A stretch of DNA of 64,000 nucleotides from NCBI GenBank assembly GCA_964582715.1, contig CAZOSM010000004.1, positions 57,906-121,905 on the forward strand, in the 5' to 3' direction. This stretch comes from an uncultured Gammaproteobacteria bacterium (lineage in GTDB: Bacteria; Patescibacteriota; Microgenomatia; UBA1406; GWC2-37-13). The notes below the pieces were generated by a model. The model was not told the DNA's origin. It searched no databases and saw only the letters and a list, made by a program, of their open reading frames with translations. Positions 27,610 to 37,258 of the stretch are shown piece after piece. Each line of letters begins with the position of its first letter. Position 1 is the first letter of the stretch. The position numbers and the translations under genes are program-made.

Positions 27610-28326
27610 ATGAAAGCGTTATATAAAAAAGAAATACAATTTTATCTCAATAACCCAATTGGTTATATTGTCATTACACTATTTGCCGTATTTGCAAACT
27701 TTCTGTTTGTAAAAGATATTTTTGTCGCTGGATCTGCCTCTTTGAGACCTTTTTTTGATATCATCCCATGGCTGATGATGATTTTTATACCAGCCTTAAC
27801 CATGCGATCAATTGCTGAAGAGAAGAAGAATAATACACTGGAAGTATTGCTGAGCTTACGAGTTTCTGAAACACAGATTGTTGTTTCAAAATTTTTAGCT
27901 TTACTTACTTTGGTTGCAATTGGATTGCTCCTTACTGTAAGTTTGCCTTTTTCGCTTCATTTCTTAACTTCAAATGCTGGATCTAAAGTATATATCCCAG
28001 AATTCTTAACAGGATACTTAGGAGAACTCTTAGTTGCATCGGCATTTATAGCTATTTCGTTATTCTTTTCCTCACAAACAAAGAATCAGGTAGTTGCTTT
28101 TTTGGCATCTGTTATAACACTTTTCTTTTTAATTGTGGTTTCAGCTGATTTTGTTGCAGGCATCTTTCCTTCATTCATTCACGATTTTATTGTATATATA
28201 AGTCCTATAACGCAGGTCAATAGCTTTTTGAAAGGAGTAATAGATTTACGTAGTATCTATTATTTCCTTAGTTTTACAGCAATATTTTTATTGCTTACAA
28301 TTATTGATTTAGAACGAAGATCATAA
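27610..28326 (+). CDS. ABC-2-type permease (GldF-like)
   Basis: Six TM helices, starts 1 nt after the ATPase stop. Confidence 0.7.
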   Translation: MKALYKKEIQFYLNNPIGYIVITLFAVFANFLFVKDIFVAGSASLRPFFDIIPWLMMIFIPALTMRSIAEEKKNNTLEVLLSLRVSETQIVVSKFLALLTLVAIGLLLTVSLPFSLHFLTSNAGSKVYIPEFLTGYLGELLVASAFIAISLFFSSQTKNQVVAFLASVITLFFLIVVSADFVAGIFPSFIHDFIVYISPITQVNSFLKGVIDLRSIYYFLSFTAIFLLLTIIDLERRS

Positions 28327-28327
28327 C

Positions 28328-29917
28328 ATGGAACGTACTAAGATCCCTTTTACAAAGAAAATTGTTGAAGCCCTACGCAAGGTCCATATCATGAGATGGT
28401 TAGGGTTGGACCGCTTTAAAATGCAACTTGTTATTGTAGGTGCTCTGGCTCTTTTTGTCGTGACCAATATCCTTCTTGCACCAGTGTCTTTGAGGCTGGA
28501 CCTTTCAAAAGGAAAAGCATACACACTTTCTAGTTCTACAAAAAAGATTATTAACAACCTGGATAATACAGTTACAATAACTTTCTTTGTTTCGGGCGAT
28601 TTACCAACTCGACTACAATCGCTACGTCGAGATGTTGTAGATTTACTGCAAGAGTACGACCGAACAAGTGGCAGAATTGAGATACAAATCCTGGACCCCA
28701 AAACAGATACTGATGCTGCTCAAAAAGCACAATCAGCAGGAATTCAGGAACTCCAGTTTTCTCAATTGCAACAAGATAGTTATGCTTTAAGCACTTTTTA
28801 TTTTGGTATATTAGTAAGTCAGGGTGAAAATCAGGAATCATTACCACAAGCTACTGACTTGGGTAGTTTGGAGTACAATATTACCTCAGCAATTTATAAA
28901 CTAACTCAAGATTCGTTACCACGTGTAGCAATTATCGGACAACAGCCTCAAATTATTCCACAGCTCCCCAGTGCATTAAGTACATTTCAAGCAATAGCTG
29001 AAAGACAGTTTACCATTGAGTATATTTCTCCGCCAGAACAGCCCCCGGCAGAAGAAGGAGTTCCAACACCAACACCGGTTCCACTAAATCTTACAACTGA
29101 CTTTAAAACGGCACTTATTTTTGACAAAGATGGAGGAGACTATTCAGATCAAGAAGTCCAAACGATAAAAGAGTATATCGCAAATAAAGGAAATGCCATT
29201 TTCTTTGTAAACGGTGTACAAGTTGATCCAAGGCAACTTACAGCTTCGGCTGGACAAAGCAAACTTGTTTCTTTGTTAAAAGAGTACGGTCTTGATGTAC
29301 AAAGTAATTTAGTCTTATCACAAAATTCTGAGCTTATTAATATGGGAAATCAATCACTAGGATTGAATGTTTTCCTTCCATACCCATTATGGCTTACTAC
29401 AAGTAATTACAATTCAGAGGCAAGTTACTTTTCTAATATAAATCAGCTTTCTTACCTTTGGGCATCTTCTATTAATCTTACAGAAGGAGATAATATAAGA
29501 GCTTTGGTAAGCTCGACTCCAAATTCCTGGACCCAGTCCAATAATTTCACATTAAACCCACAACAGATCCCTGAACCAACACAAAATCAATTTAAGGAGT
29601 CTATTGTTACCGCCGAATCAACTTCAGATACAAGAGGAGATGTGATGGCAATTGCTTCTTCACAATTTATTAACGATGCATACCAATCACGCTCTTCAAA
29701 TAACCTGGAGTTTGTTTTGAACGTCCTTAATGATTACGCTTCAGAAGGAGCGCTGAGCGGTATCCGTCAACGACAGGTAGATGTCTATCCACTTCCAGAA
29801 ATCCCTGAAAATATGAAGCAGATATTTAAATATGGGAATATGGCATTATTACCTGGCCTTTTTGCTCTTTATGGCGCATATAGACTCACAAAAAGGAGTA
29901 GAAAAAATATCTCTTAA
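28328..29917 (+). CDS. GldG-like ABC-transport auxiliary protein
   Basis: N- and C-terminal TM anchors around a large external domain; DLSKGKAYTLS start typical of GldG/ABC_transp_aux; third gene of the operon. Confidence 0.65.
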   Translation: MERTKIPFTKKIVEALRKVHIMRWLGLDRFKMQLVIVGALALFVVTNILLAPVSLRLDLSKGKAYTLSSSTKKIINNLDNTVTITFFVSGDLPTRLQSLRRDVVDLLQEYDRTSGRIEIQILDPKTDTDAAQKAQSAGIQELQFSQLQQDSYALSTFYFGILVSQGENQESLPQATDLGSLEYNITSAIYKLTQDSLPRVAIIGQQPQIIPQLPSALSTFQAIAERQFTIEYISPPEQPPAEEGVPTPTPVPLNLTTDFKTALIFDKDGGDYSDQEVQTIKEYIANKGNAIFFVNGVQVDPRQLTASAGQSKLVSLLKEYGLDVQSNLVLSQNSELINMGNQSLGLNVFLPYPLWLTTSNYNSEASYFSNINQLSYLWASSINLTEGDNIRALVSSTPNSWTQSNNFTLNPQQIPEPTQNQFKESIVTAESTSDTRGDVMAIASSQFINDAYQSRSSNNLEFVLNVLNDYASEGALSGIRQRQVDVYPLPEIPENMKQIFKYGNMALLPGLFALYGAYRLTKRSRKNIS

Positions 29918-30441
29918 GCTTCTGGAACAACACGAGTTTGATATGACCTCAATAGTTGTTTAATAGAGTCAAAAGCTATCTTTCTAAAATCAATATCTTT
30001 TGGTTTTACAAACTTCACTTCTGCAACATCATCTCCTATGTTGATCTGAGTATCTGTATGTAGTTTAGCTGTAAACACAGAACAAATAGTGTGGTAATTG
30101 AGTCCTTTATACTCATATCTATCGGGAACAGAGGTCAGATACTGTATATGTTCTAAAGAAATTCCTAACTCTTCTTTTATCTCGCGAACGACAGATTCTT
30201 CAATTGATTCATTAATATCAACAAAGCCACCTGGTAAGTCCCAAAAGCCTTTTTGCGGATCGTATTTTCGCTTCACGAGGAGCACTTCACCTTTTTCATT
30301 TGTAATAATTACTGTATTACAGGCTTTTGGATTTATATAGTAATGCAAATCACAGTTGGTACAGACAAGTAAATTTGCTTCTTTTAACTCCATTTTCCCA
30401 CTACACTTTGGACAAAAAGAAAAATCGTGTTCAGCTATCAT
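29914..30441 (-). CDS. NUDIX hydrolase with N-terminal zinc ribbon (NudC-like)
   Basis: CPKC...CTNC ribbon; Nudix box GGFVDINESIEESVVREIKEELG; ATG 30441 preferred over 30558. Confidence 0.8.
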   Translation of the reverse strand: MIAEHDFSFCPKCSGKMELKEANLLVCTNCDLHYYINPKACNTVIITNEKGEVLLVKRKYDPQKGFWDLPGGFVDINESIEESVVREIKEELGISLEHIQYLTSVPDRYEYKGLNYHTICSVFTAKLHTDTQINIGDDVAEVKFVKPKDIDFRKIAFDSIKQLLRSYQTRVVPEA

Positions 30442-30510
30442 GGCTCCATTATAAACCACGTATGTTGAATTGAAATGAAGATTTGAGAAGAACTTTGTAT
30501 AATAGAGCAC

Positions 30511-31905
30511 ATGATAAGAACACGTATCGCTCCATCTCCAACAGGGCAGGATATACATATTGGTAATTTATACACTGCGTATATTAACTGGGTATTTGCC
30601 AGAAAGCACAAAGGTAAATTTATTATTCGTATCGAAGATACTGATCGTACCCGCTATGTAGAAGGAGCAGAACAAAAGATTTTAGATTCATTTAAAGCAT
30701 ATGGTTTAGACTATGACGAAAGCGTAGATAAAAAAGGTCCCTTTACGCCATATCGCCAGTCAGAGCGACTGGATATTTACAAAAAACATGCAGAGGAGCT
30801 TATTGATAAAGGAAAAGCATATTATTGTATCTGTACTAAAGAGCGATTAGACGAAGTACGAAAAGGCATGATTGCAGAAAAGAAAGTTCCTAAATATGAT
30901 AAACATTGCCTATCGCGACAAGAGGAAGTAAAGAAGGAAATAGAAAAAGGTACAGCATATGTGATTCGTTTAAATGTGCCAGAAGATTATGAAGTAGTAT
31001 TCCAGGACTTAATTCGTGGTGAAATTAAAATCAATACCAATAATATTGATGACCAGGTTCTTATGAAGTCTGATGGCTTCCCTACATATCATCTGGCTGT
31101 TGTAATAGATGATCATCTTATGGAAATCTCACATGTTATACGAGCAGAGGAATGGATCTCTTCCACCCCAAAGCACATTTTATTGTATGAGTCATTTGAG
31201 TGGGAACTACCGATCTTTGCTCATTTACCTATTCTGAGAAACCCCGATAAAACCAAGTTATCTAAACGTAAAAACCCGGTTTGGGCATCATGGTATCTGG
31301 AGCAGGGGTATTTACCAGAAGCAATACTTAATTACTTGGCTCTTATGGGATGGTCTCACCCAGAAGAAAAAGAGATTTTTGATAAAGATGAATTTATTAA
31401 AGTCTTTACCTTGGAGAGAATTTCTCCAGTTGGCCCAGCTTTTGATCCTCGCAAACTAGAATGGATGAATGGACAATATATTATGAAGCTTTCCGATGAA
31501 GAGCTTACTGAAAAGCTTATGTCTTTTTATAAAGAGAAAAAGTTGAGTGAATCTTTTGTTAGTAAAACGGTTCCACTTATTAAAGAACGAATTAAAACAC
31601 TTGCTGATTATTATCCACTTATTTCATTTTTACTCAATCGACCTAAAGAGTACGAAGTAGATCTTTCTGAATCAAAGGAGTTCCTTTCACAGGTGGTAAC
31701 TAGGATGGAAGCTATTTCTGAATGGAAGGCAGAGACTATCGGTGCAGAGATGATAGCTCTGGCCAAAGAACTTGGTATTCCAAACAGTAAATTTTTTATG
31801 GCTCTCCGCGTTGCAATTTCTGGAAAGAAAATTACTCCACCACTCAATGAATCGATAGAGTTGCTGGGTAAAGAAGAATCTATCGCAAGGCTGCAAGCAG
31901 TTTAA
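30511..31905 (+). CDS. gltX: Glutamate--tRNA ligase
   Basis: RIAPSPTGQDIHIGN (HIGH) and KLSKRK (KMSKS) class-I motifs, full GluRS length. Confidence 0.92.
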   Translation: MIRTRIAPSPTGQDIHIGNLYTAYINWVFARKHKGKFIIRIEDTDRTRYVEGAEQKILDSFKAYGLDYDESVDKKGPFTPYRQSERLDIYKKHAEELIDKGKAYYCICTKERLDEVRKGMIAEKKVPKYDKHCLSRQEEVKKEIEKGTAYVIRLNVPEDYEVVFQDLIRGEIKINTNNIDDQVLMKSDGFPTYHLAVVIDDHLMEISHVIRAEEWISSTPKHILLYESFEWELPIFAHLPILRNPDKTKLSKRKNPVWASWYLEQGYLPEAILNYLALMGWSHPEEKEIFDKDEFIKVFTLERISPVGPAFDPRKLEWMNGQYIMKLSDEELTEKLMSFYKEKKLSESFVSKTVPLIKERIKTLADYYPLISFLLNRPKEYEVDLSESKEFLSQVVTRMEAISEWKAETIGAEMIALAKELGIPNSKFFMALRVAISGKKITPPLNESIELLGKEESIARLQAV

Positions 31906-32435
31906 GAAGTAATTAGTGCCTTTTCTAACTCTTTCAAGCGTTCCATTTGAGGTTTGGTTGGTTTAATAAATGGTCGTATCTGTTTAACGAGCATAAATGC
32001 ATCTTCAAGGAGCATGCCTGTACTGATAAGATAGGCTATGGCCATAGTCGGTCCGCGTCCTTCACCCCAATGACAATGCACATATACTTTGCCTCCTTTA
32101 CCTATTTCCTGTTGAATAAATGCTATTCCAGTTTTTAGATCTTCTAAAGAAGGTGCATGTAAATCTTTAGTGGGGAGGTGCAAGTGATGTATTTCTTCCA
32201 TACCTTTTTGATTTTTTATACTATGTTCTCTCATATTTACAATTCCTGTTATACCAATCCTTTTTAAAGTGTTAATTCCTCGTCTATAATACTGCCCTCC
32301 TAAATAGAGATGTGGAGTAATTTCACTTCTTTTCATTGTTGGAGCACCTGTTAACCTCCTCAAACTGTGATCCCAAAGACGAATGAGAGCAATATAACAA
32401 TATGTAATGACACTTTTAATTTTTGTTAACAACAT
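31902..32435 (-). CDS. Dual-specificity (PTPMT1-like) phosphatase
   Basis: Cys-x5-Arg P-loop VHCHWGEGRG, general-acid region PTKDLHAP, hydrophobic N-terminal helix; starts 1 nt after the lipid-kinase stop. Confidence 0.75.
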   Translation of the reverse strand: MLLTKIKSVITYCYIALIRLWDHSLRRLTGAPTMKRSEITPHLYLGGQYYRRGINTLKRIGITGIVNMREHSIKNQKGMEEIHHLHLPTKDLHAPSLEDLKTGIAFIQQEIGKGGKVYVHCHWGEGRGPTMAIAYLISTGMLLEDAFMLVKQIRPFIKPTKPQMERLKELEKALITS

Positions 32436-32436
32436 A

Positions 32437-33315
32437 CTAAGTCTGTGGTATAAGAACTTTTAGTGCTTGAGGTAATATGTGTGCCGTAAATGTTTGTGGC
32501 TTAAAAGATGTATCATCAAATATTGCAGATTGATTAGGAGTAATGGTCACATTAATGTGTTTCCCCTGGTAATGAATTAAGGGAGAAGTGGATTTGTCTA
32601 TGATTGCTTCCTTAAGAACTGATGTGATATATCCCAAGTCAGACATCTTCAGAATAAAAATATCAAATAAGCCATCATCTATAGTAATTGTTGGTAAGAA
32701 AGAAAAACCAGCAAAGCCAAGATTGCCAGAGTTTGCAATAATAAGTGAGATGCCTTGTTCTTCGATGTGTTTTCCATCTATTGTAAGTGAATATGTAACT
32801 TTGGGAGAGTTTTGTAATTCCTGAATCATACTAACACCATAGGCAATCTGACCAACAGTTTGTTTTAGATTTTGATTTGCATTGAGGATCATATCGGCCA
32901 AAGGTCCAGTACTAATTCTGAGCATAAATGGAATATTGTTTGCTACTCCAACATCAACTTTTTTTAATATAGTTTCAGAGCTCGTAATGGCTTTAACTGC
33001 CCCTTCCATATTTTCTGGAATTTGTAACTCTTTTGCTAAGATATTGGCAGTTCCCCCAGGCAGAATAATGAGTGGAATATTCTTATTATACAGATGGCCA
33101 GCAATACTAGTTACAGTGCCGTCACCACCATATACAGCAATGCGTTTGTATGTATCTATAGAAGGATCGTTAAAGATAGTCTGTATATCTTTTGGTTTGG
33201 TTAGTACTTTAATATCAATTGGACTATGAGCAAGGTCAATATGCTGTTGTAAAAAATGTAGTATCGAGAAATTTTGTCCTGCTGCCGGGTTAATAAGAAT
33301 TAAAGTTTTTTCCAT
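32437..33315 (-). CDS. Diacylglycerol/lipid kinase family protein (YegS/DagK/BmrU)
   Basis: LINPAAG, VYGGDGTV, LPGGTANI catalytic-domain motifs. Confidence 0.85.
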   Translation of the reverse strand: MEKTLILINPAAGQNFSILHFLQQHIDLAHSPIDIKVLTKPKDIQTIFNDPSIDTYKRIAVYGGDGTVTSIAGHLYNKNIPLIILPGGTANILAKELQIPENMEGAVKAITSSETILKKVDVGVANNIPFMLRISTGPLADMILNANQNLKQTVGQIAYGVSMIQELQNSPKVTYSLTIDGKHIEEQGISLIIANSGNLGFAGFSFLPTITIDDGLFDIFILKMSDLGYITSVLKEAIIDKSTSPLIHYQGKHINVTITPNQSAIFDDTSFKPQTFTAHILPQALKVLIPQT

Positions 33316-33360
33316 TTATGCTGCACTTATGGTAAAGAAAAAAGATGAAGATTGTGTAAA

Positions 33361-34065
33361 TCATTTTTTCCCAGTTATAAGTTTCTTTCGTGTTTCACGT
33401 ACCGCAATCTTTGGAAGTGAGCTTGCATACTGATCAAGAAATCTACTTACTTCCTCACGATTTTGCTTAGTCATCTCTCGTAAAAGCCAGGAAATGGCTT
33501 TAGTAATGAGAACTTCTTTTTCTGACTTTAAAAGGTTAATATGCGTAAAGGCAGTTTGTACTAATCGTTTATCTCTGGAGTTTCTTAGAGGTTTAACAAG
33601 AAGCACCAAACTTGCTCTTCTTTTATGAATATTTTTATTTTGCACTAATGTGGAAAATAAAGTATTCCAAGTATCCCAATCTGCCAGGAAAAAAGTACTA
33701 TCAAAAGAAGACTGGCACAACGAATCAACTTCTGCCCATCCTTCTACCTGTTCAAGCCAATGATCAAGATGTGAAGGTTGTATCTGTTTTAGATATTTAG
33801 GATATCGGGCGAGTAAAGCTGGCCCTAACACTTTTTCTTCAAACGATGAGCCTTTATACAATGAATCAATGACTTCAATAAGTTCTTTAAATGATATTGA
33901 AGGATGCGTTTTTTTAAATTCTGAAGATACAGTCTTAATTTGTGCTGAGGTTAACCCCAGAAATGGGTGTGTTGTACCCAGATATTTTTGGATATCAAAG
34001 AACCCAATCTTTTTTTTATCCAGGCTGTGTATTTTAGTAAGAATTTCCTTATGAAGTGAATTCAT
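33361..34065 (-). CDS. DNA alkylation repair (AlkD/AlkC-like HEAT-repeat) protein
   Basis: All-helical 234 aa with W..W.D.W and KAISWLLREM motifs of the DNA_alkylation family; TATAAT 6 nt before ATG. Confidence 0.65.
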   Translation of the reverse strand: MNSLHKEILTKIHSLDKKKIGFFDIQKYLGTTHPFLGLTSAQIKTVSSEFKKTHPSISFKELIEVIDSLYKGSSFEEKVLGPALLARYPKYLKQIQPSHLDHWLEQVEGWAEVDSLCQSSFDSTFFLADWDTWNTLFSTLVQNKNIHKRRASLVLLVKPLRNSRDKRLVQTAFTHINLLKSEKEVLITKAISWLLREMTKQNREEVSRFLDQYASSLPKIAVRETRKKLITGKK

Positions 34066-34095
34066 GCCCTTATTATAATTGGCCTTTGTGTCAAA

Positions 34096-34455
34096 TTAGT
34101 TCGTAAGTTGTTTTTCTACCCTAGTGAGCAGATCATCTATATCAAAAGGTTTTGGAATAAAATCATCAGCACCTGATTCTTTAATGGTTTCTTTAGCTTT
34201 GGGATGAGCAGAAACAAGTATTACCGGAATGTTTTTTGTACCCATTTCTGATTTTAGTTTTTTACATAGTACACGGCCATCGCTACCGGAAAGAAGTATA
34301 TCCAGAATAATAACGTCTGGTTGAAATGAACTGACTTCCTTAAATAGTTCTTCCCCTCTCGGATTTGTTTTGGTTTCAAAGCCTTCCATTTGGAGTGTGA
34401 GTTGTAAGACTTCTAAAATATCAGGGTCATCATCAATTATGAGAATTTTAGCCAT
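34096..34455 (-). CDS. Single-domain response regulator (CheY-like)
   Basis: ILIIDDDPD, ILDILLSGSDG, PKPF receiver motifs, no output domain. Confidence 0.85.
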   Translation of the reverse strand: MAKILIIDDDPDILEVLQLTLQMEGFETKTNPRGEELFKEVSSFQPDVIILDILLSGSDGRVLCKKLKSEMGTKNIPVILVSAHPKAKETIKESGADDFIPKPFDIDDLLTRVEKQLTN

Positions 34456-34498
34456 ACTGGTCTATTGTAACTATCAATTGTAAAGATTCTGCAATAAA

Positions 34499-35965
34499 TT
34501 ATTGTATAGGTAATGAAAAAGAAAAGGTTGAACCTTTTCCTTTGGTGCTATCTACCCACATCTTACCTCCCAAAAGCTTTACTATTTCATGCGAGATAAA
34601 AAGCCCCATTCCAAGCCCAGGAAAAGTTTGTTCAACCAATTCATTTGCTCTAAAGAAACGTTGGAATAATTTTTTTTGATTTTCTTTATCTATGCCAATA
34701 CCAAAGTCTTGGACCGATATGACAAGTTTGTGATCGTCTTCCTTCATGATAATATATATGTTTTTTTCTTTTGATGAGTATTTGATAGCATTGGTGAGAA
34801 GATTAGTAATAACTTGACTTACACGTTCTTTATCTGTGTGGATAAGACGATCTAAAGATTCTTTCAATACTATCATATGTGATGTTGTTTGTTGAATTTC
34901 TTCTATCGTATCACGGACAATATCTTTCATATTATATTTTTCCTTATTTAATACAAGTCTCCCACCCTGGATTTTAGAAGCATCTAATAGGTCGTTTACG
35001 AGCCTAGCTAGTTTATCTGTCTGATCACCAATTTTTTTAATATATCTTTTATATTGAAAATCATTATTTTTATCTATCATTTGTTCAAGAAGTTGAATAA
35101 AGGCACGTTGGCTGGTAAGAGGAGTTTTCAACTCATGACTTGTGGCGGTTATAAAATCTTCTTTTCTCTGTTCAAGCTCTTTTCGTTCTGTAATATCATG
35201 AAACTCTAGTACAGCCCCTTTTATTGCATTATGATGAAGCAAAAGAGAGATTGCATATGAGACAGGGAATACATTACCATTTTTTTTTGTAAACCAGGCT
35301 TCACCTTTCATATCCTTTTTTTTGCTGTATGCCATTTTCAAAGGACATTCAGAATTTGCATAGGGACTTCCTGGATAATATTTTTGAATAAAGTTATATA
35401 AAGGTTTGTTATTAATTTCTTTAAAAGTAAATCCGGTTAGATCTTCTGCTGCCGGGTTCATAAATGTTGTTATACCCTTTTCATCTAGCATGAAAAGAGA
35501 AGAAGCTGCATTGTCTGTTACGATCTTTAATCGTTCTTTCATGCTTTGTAAATCAAGCTCAAATTTTTTTCGTTCAATTGAGTACTGAATCGTACGCACA
35601 AGCAGTTCTGTATCAAATTTACCCTTAATAAGATAATCCTGAGCACCACTTCTTATTGCCCCCATAGCTAAATTTTCTTCAGATGAAGTAATATAAATAA
35701 TTGGCTTAGTAAACTTGATCCTTTTGAGGAGTTCAAATGTAGGTTTATTCCCAGTAAAGAATACATCAGATAATATAACGTCAATATTGTCGTTATTCTT
35801 GAAAAATTCTATTCCAGTATGTAGATCTGTACAATAATCTATAGAATACATATATTTACCTTCTGATTGTTGGAGCATTGAGATTATGCGTTTTGCGTCT
35901 TTAGGTTGGTCTTCAATCAACAGGACTCGTACAAGTTCTTTTGGATTCATGGAAAAATAATTCAA
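34499..35965 (-). CDS. Hybrid receiver-PAS-histidine kinase
   Basis: N-terminal receiver-like domain, PAS (MLDEKGITTFMNPAAEDLTG), H-box FITATSHELKTPLTS, HATPase (NAIKYS, DFGIGI, GLGMGLFIS). Confidence 0.85.
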   Translation of the reverse strand: MNYFSMNPKELVRVLLIEDQPKDAKRIISMLQQSEGKYMYSIDYCTDLHTGIEFFKNNDNIDVILSDVFFTGNKPTFELLKRIKFTKPIIYITSSEENLAMGAIRSGAQDYLIKGKFDTELLVRTIQYSIERKKFELDLQSMKERLKIVTDNAASSLFMLDEKGITTFMNPAAEDLTGFTFKEINNKPLYNFIQKYYPGSPYANSECPLKMAYSKKKDMKGEAWFTKKNGNVFPVSYAISLLLHHNAIKGAVLEFHDITERKELEQRKEDFITATSHELKTPLTSQRAFIQLLEQMIDKNNDFQYKRYIKKIGDQTDKLARLVNDLLDASKIQGGRLVLNKEKYNMKDIVRDTIEEIQQTTSHMIVLKESLDRLIHTDKERVSQVITNLLTNAIKYSSKEKNIYIIMKEDDHKLVISVQDFGIGIDKENQKKLFQRFFRANELVEQTFPGLGMGLFISHEIVKLLGGKMWVDSTKGKGSTFSFSLPIQ

Positions 35966-36061
35966 TATGAGGAATTGATAATATAAATTGAATATGACTT
36001 CGTGATTTCATTTATAACAAATCAGTGTAAGACTTTAATAAGAATTCGTTATATAGCTCCG

Positions 36062-36090
36062 TTGACAGCACCTGTTTTTCTCAATACAAT
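36062..36090 (+). promoter_or_regulatory. Promoter TTGACA-N17-TACAAT, -10 box ends 5 nt before ATG 36096
   Basis: Consensus -35 at 36062..36067, TACAAT at 36085..36090, no SD. Confidence 0.55.
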
Positions 36091-36095
36091 CAAAG

Positions 36096-36365
36096 ATGAT
36101 GGACATTTTACAAGACATTACATCTTTAAAAGAACAAGGCCTACCTGATGATAAAGTAATCGATCTCCTTGTATTGAAGGGGGCAAAAAAAGAACAAATT
36201 GAAGATCGTTTAAAAGTATATTATTTAAATCTGCATTCAACGGAAGTCTCCTCTAAGCAGGGAAGTCAGGTACCAGTTTTACTTATCGCGATAAGTATTA
36301 TACTTCTGCTTATTGCACTCGGACTAGGGTGGGTAATATATTCAAGTAGTCTGCAAATTCTTTAG
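36096..36365 (+). CDS. Hypothetical single-pass membrane protein with ~45-aa N-terminal helical module
   Basis: N-terminus (DILQDITSLKEQGLPDDKVIDLLVLKGAKKEQIEDRLKVYY) is paralogous to the N-terminus of ORF 37259; followed by one TM. Confidence 0.5.
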   Translation: MMDILQDITSLKEQGLPDDKVIDLLVLKGAKKEQIEDRLKVYYLNLHSTEVSSKQGSQVPVLLIAISIILLLIALGLGWVIYSSSLQIL

Positions 36366-36910
36366 TTTGGATCAAGAAGCTTCCAATTTTTTGATACATA
36401 GGGTTCGCTACATAGACTTCGATTAAAACAGCAAGGTCGCCTCATTCCTTTGTTAAGTTTATCAAGCATAACATCTAGATGTTTCTGGCGAGTTTCTTGA
36501 GTCTTAACAGCTCGGATCCATCGAATCCAGTCCCAACGGGCAATAGGAGTAATATCTTTCCAGATCTCTTTTGCTTTAGGTGAAGATTCTAGTGTTTTTT
36601 TAACATCTTCAGGGATTTCTGGTTCAATCCATTCTTTTGTAGGCTCAATGGTAACTTTGACAGTATCTCCTGCTTTTGCGGAAGCTTTCTTTAGTAATTC
36701 TTGATCAGGTTTAAACCAATGGCTTGGTTTCGTATCAGACAGATATCTGCCATCTGGCTCAAGTACAGCTTTAAAAGGAACTCCATTCATTGTGCCAGCA
36801 ACCATTGTCATGCCGCGAGAGGGGAGTTTTTCACTTGCACTTTGTGGTAGGTGGAGAATGGTCCAGTCTTTAATTTGTACCAGTTTTGTTTCAAATTGAA
36901 TTGGGGACAT
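36362..36910 (-). CDS. DUF1905 + YdeI/OmpD-associated family protein
   Basis: N-terminal DUF1905-like beta domain (LPSRGMTMVAGTMNGVPFKAVLEPDG), C-terminal W..W..W helical YdeI module; TGgTATCAT 7 nt before ATG. Confidence 0.65.
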   Translation of the reverse strand: MSPIQFETKLVQIKDWTILHLPQSASEKLPSRGMTMVAGTMNGVPFKAVLEPDGRYLSDTKPSHWFKPDQELLKKASAKAGDTVKVTIEPTKEWIEPEIPEDVKKTLESSPKAKEIWKDITPIARWDWIRWIRAVKTQETRQKHLDVMLDKLNKGMRRPCCFNRSLCSEPYVSKNWKLLDPN

Positions 36911-36970
36911 ATAAAGTATGATACCAGATCTGGCTTATTTGTCGAATTTAGATGAAGATGTCTTAAAATG

Positions 36971-37044
36971 GGTGACCGACGGGGATCGAACCCGCGACAA
37001 CATGCTCCACAGGCATGTGCTCTACCAACTGAGCTACGGCCACC
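36971..37044 (-). tRNA. tRNA-His (anticodon GUG) with encoded G-1
   Basis: Manual cloverleaf on minus strand: G-1 + GTGGCCG/CGGTCAC acceptor, CATGC-CTGTGGA-GCATG anticodon arm, GCGGG-TTCGATC-CCCGT T arm, C73. Confidence 0.9.
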
Positions 37045-37054
37045 AGTGAAGGTA

Positions 37055-37084
37055 ATTATATCAAAAAGAAGCTGCTATTGTAAG
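37055..37084 (-). promoter_or_regulatory. Promoter CTTACA-N18-(TGa)TATAAT for tRNA-His
   Basis: Minus strand: CTTACA (37084..37079), TGATATAAT (37063..37055), -10 box ends 10 nt before G-1. Confidence 0.5.
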
Positions 37085-37258
37085 CTCACGGTTAATCAGA
37101 TAAATCTTGATTAATGGAAATTAAACCATATCTTTGCAAAAGAAACATGGCGTATTTGGGGTTTATAATGAATAATATCTTCAGTATGGCATATTTCAAG
37201 ATGTGGAGCTATTTTACGTTTCCTAAACAATTCTATTTATGAGTATAATGAAATTTAG

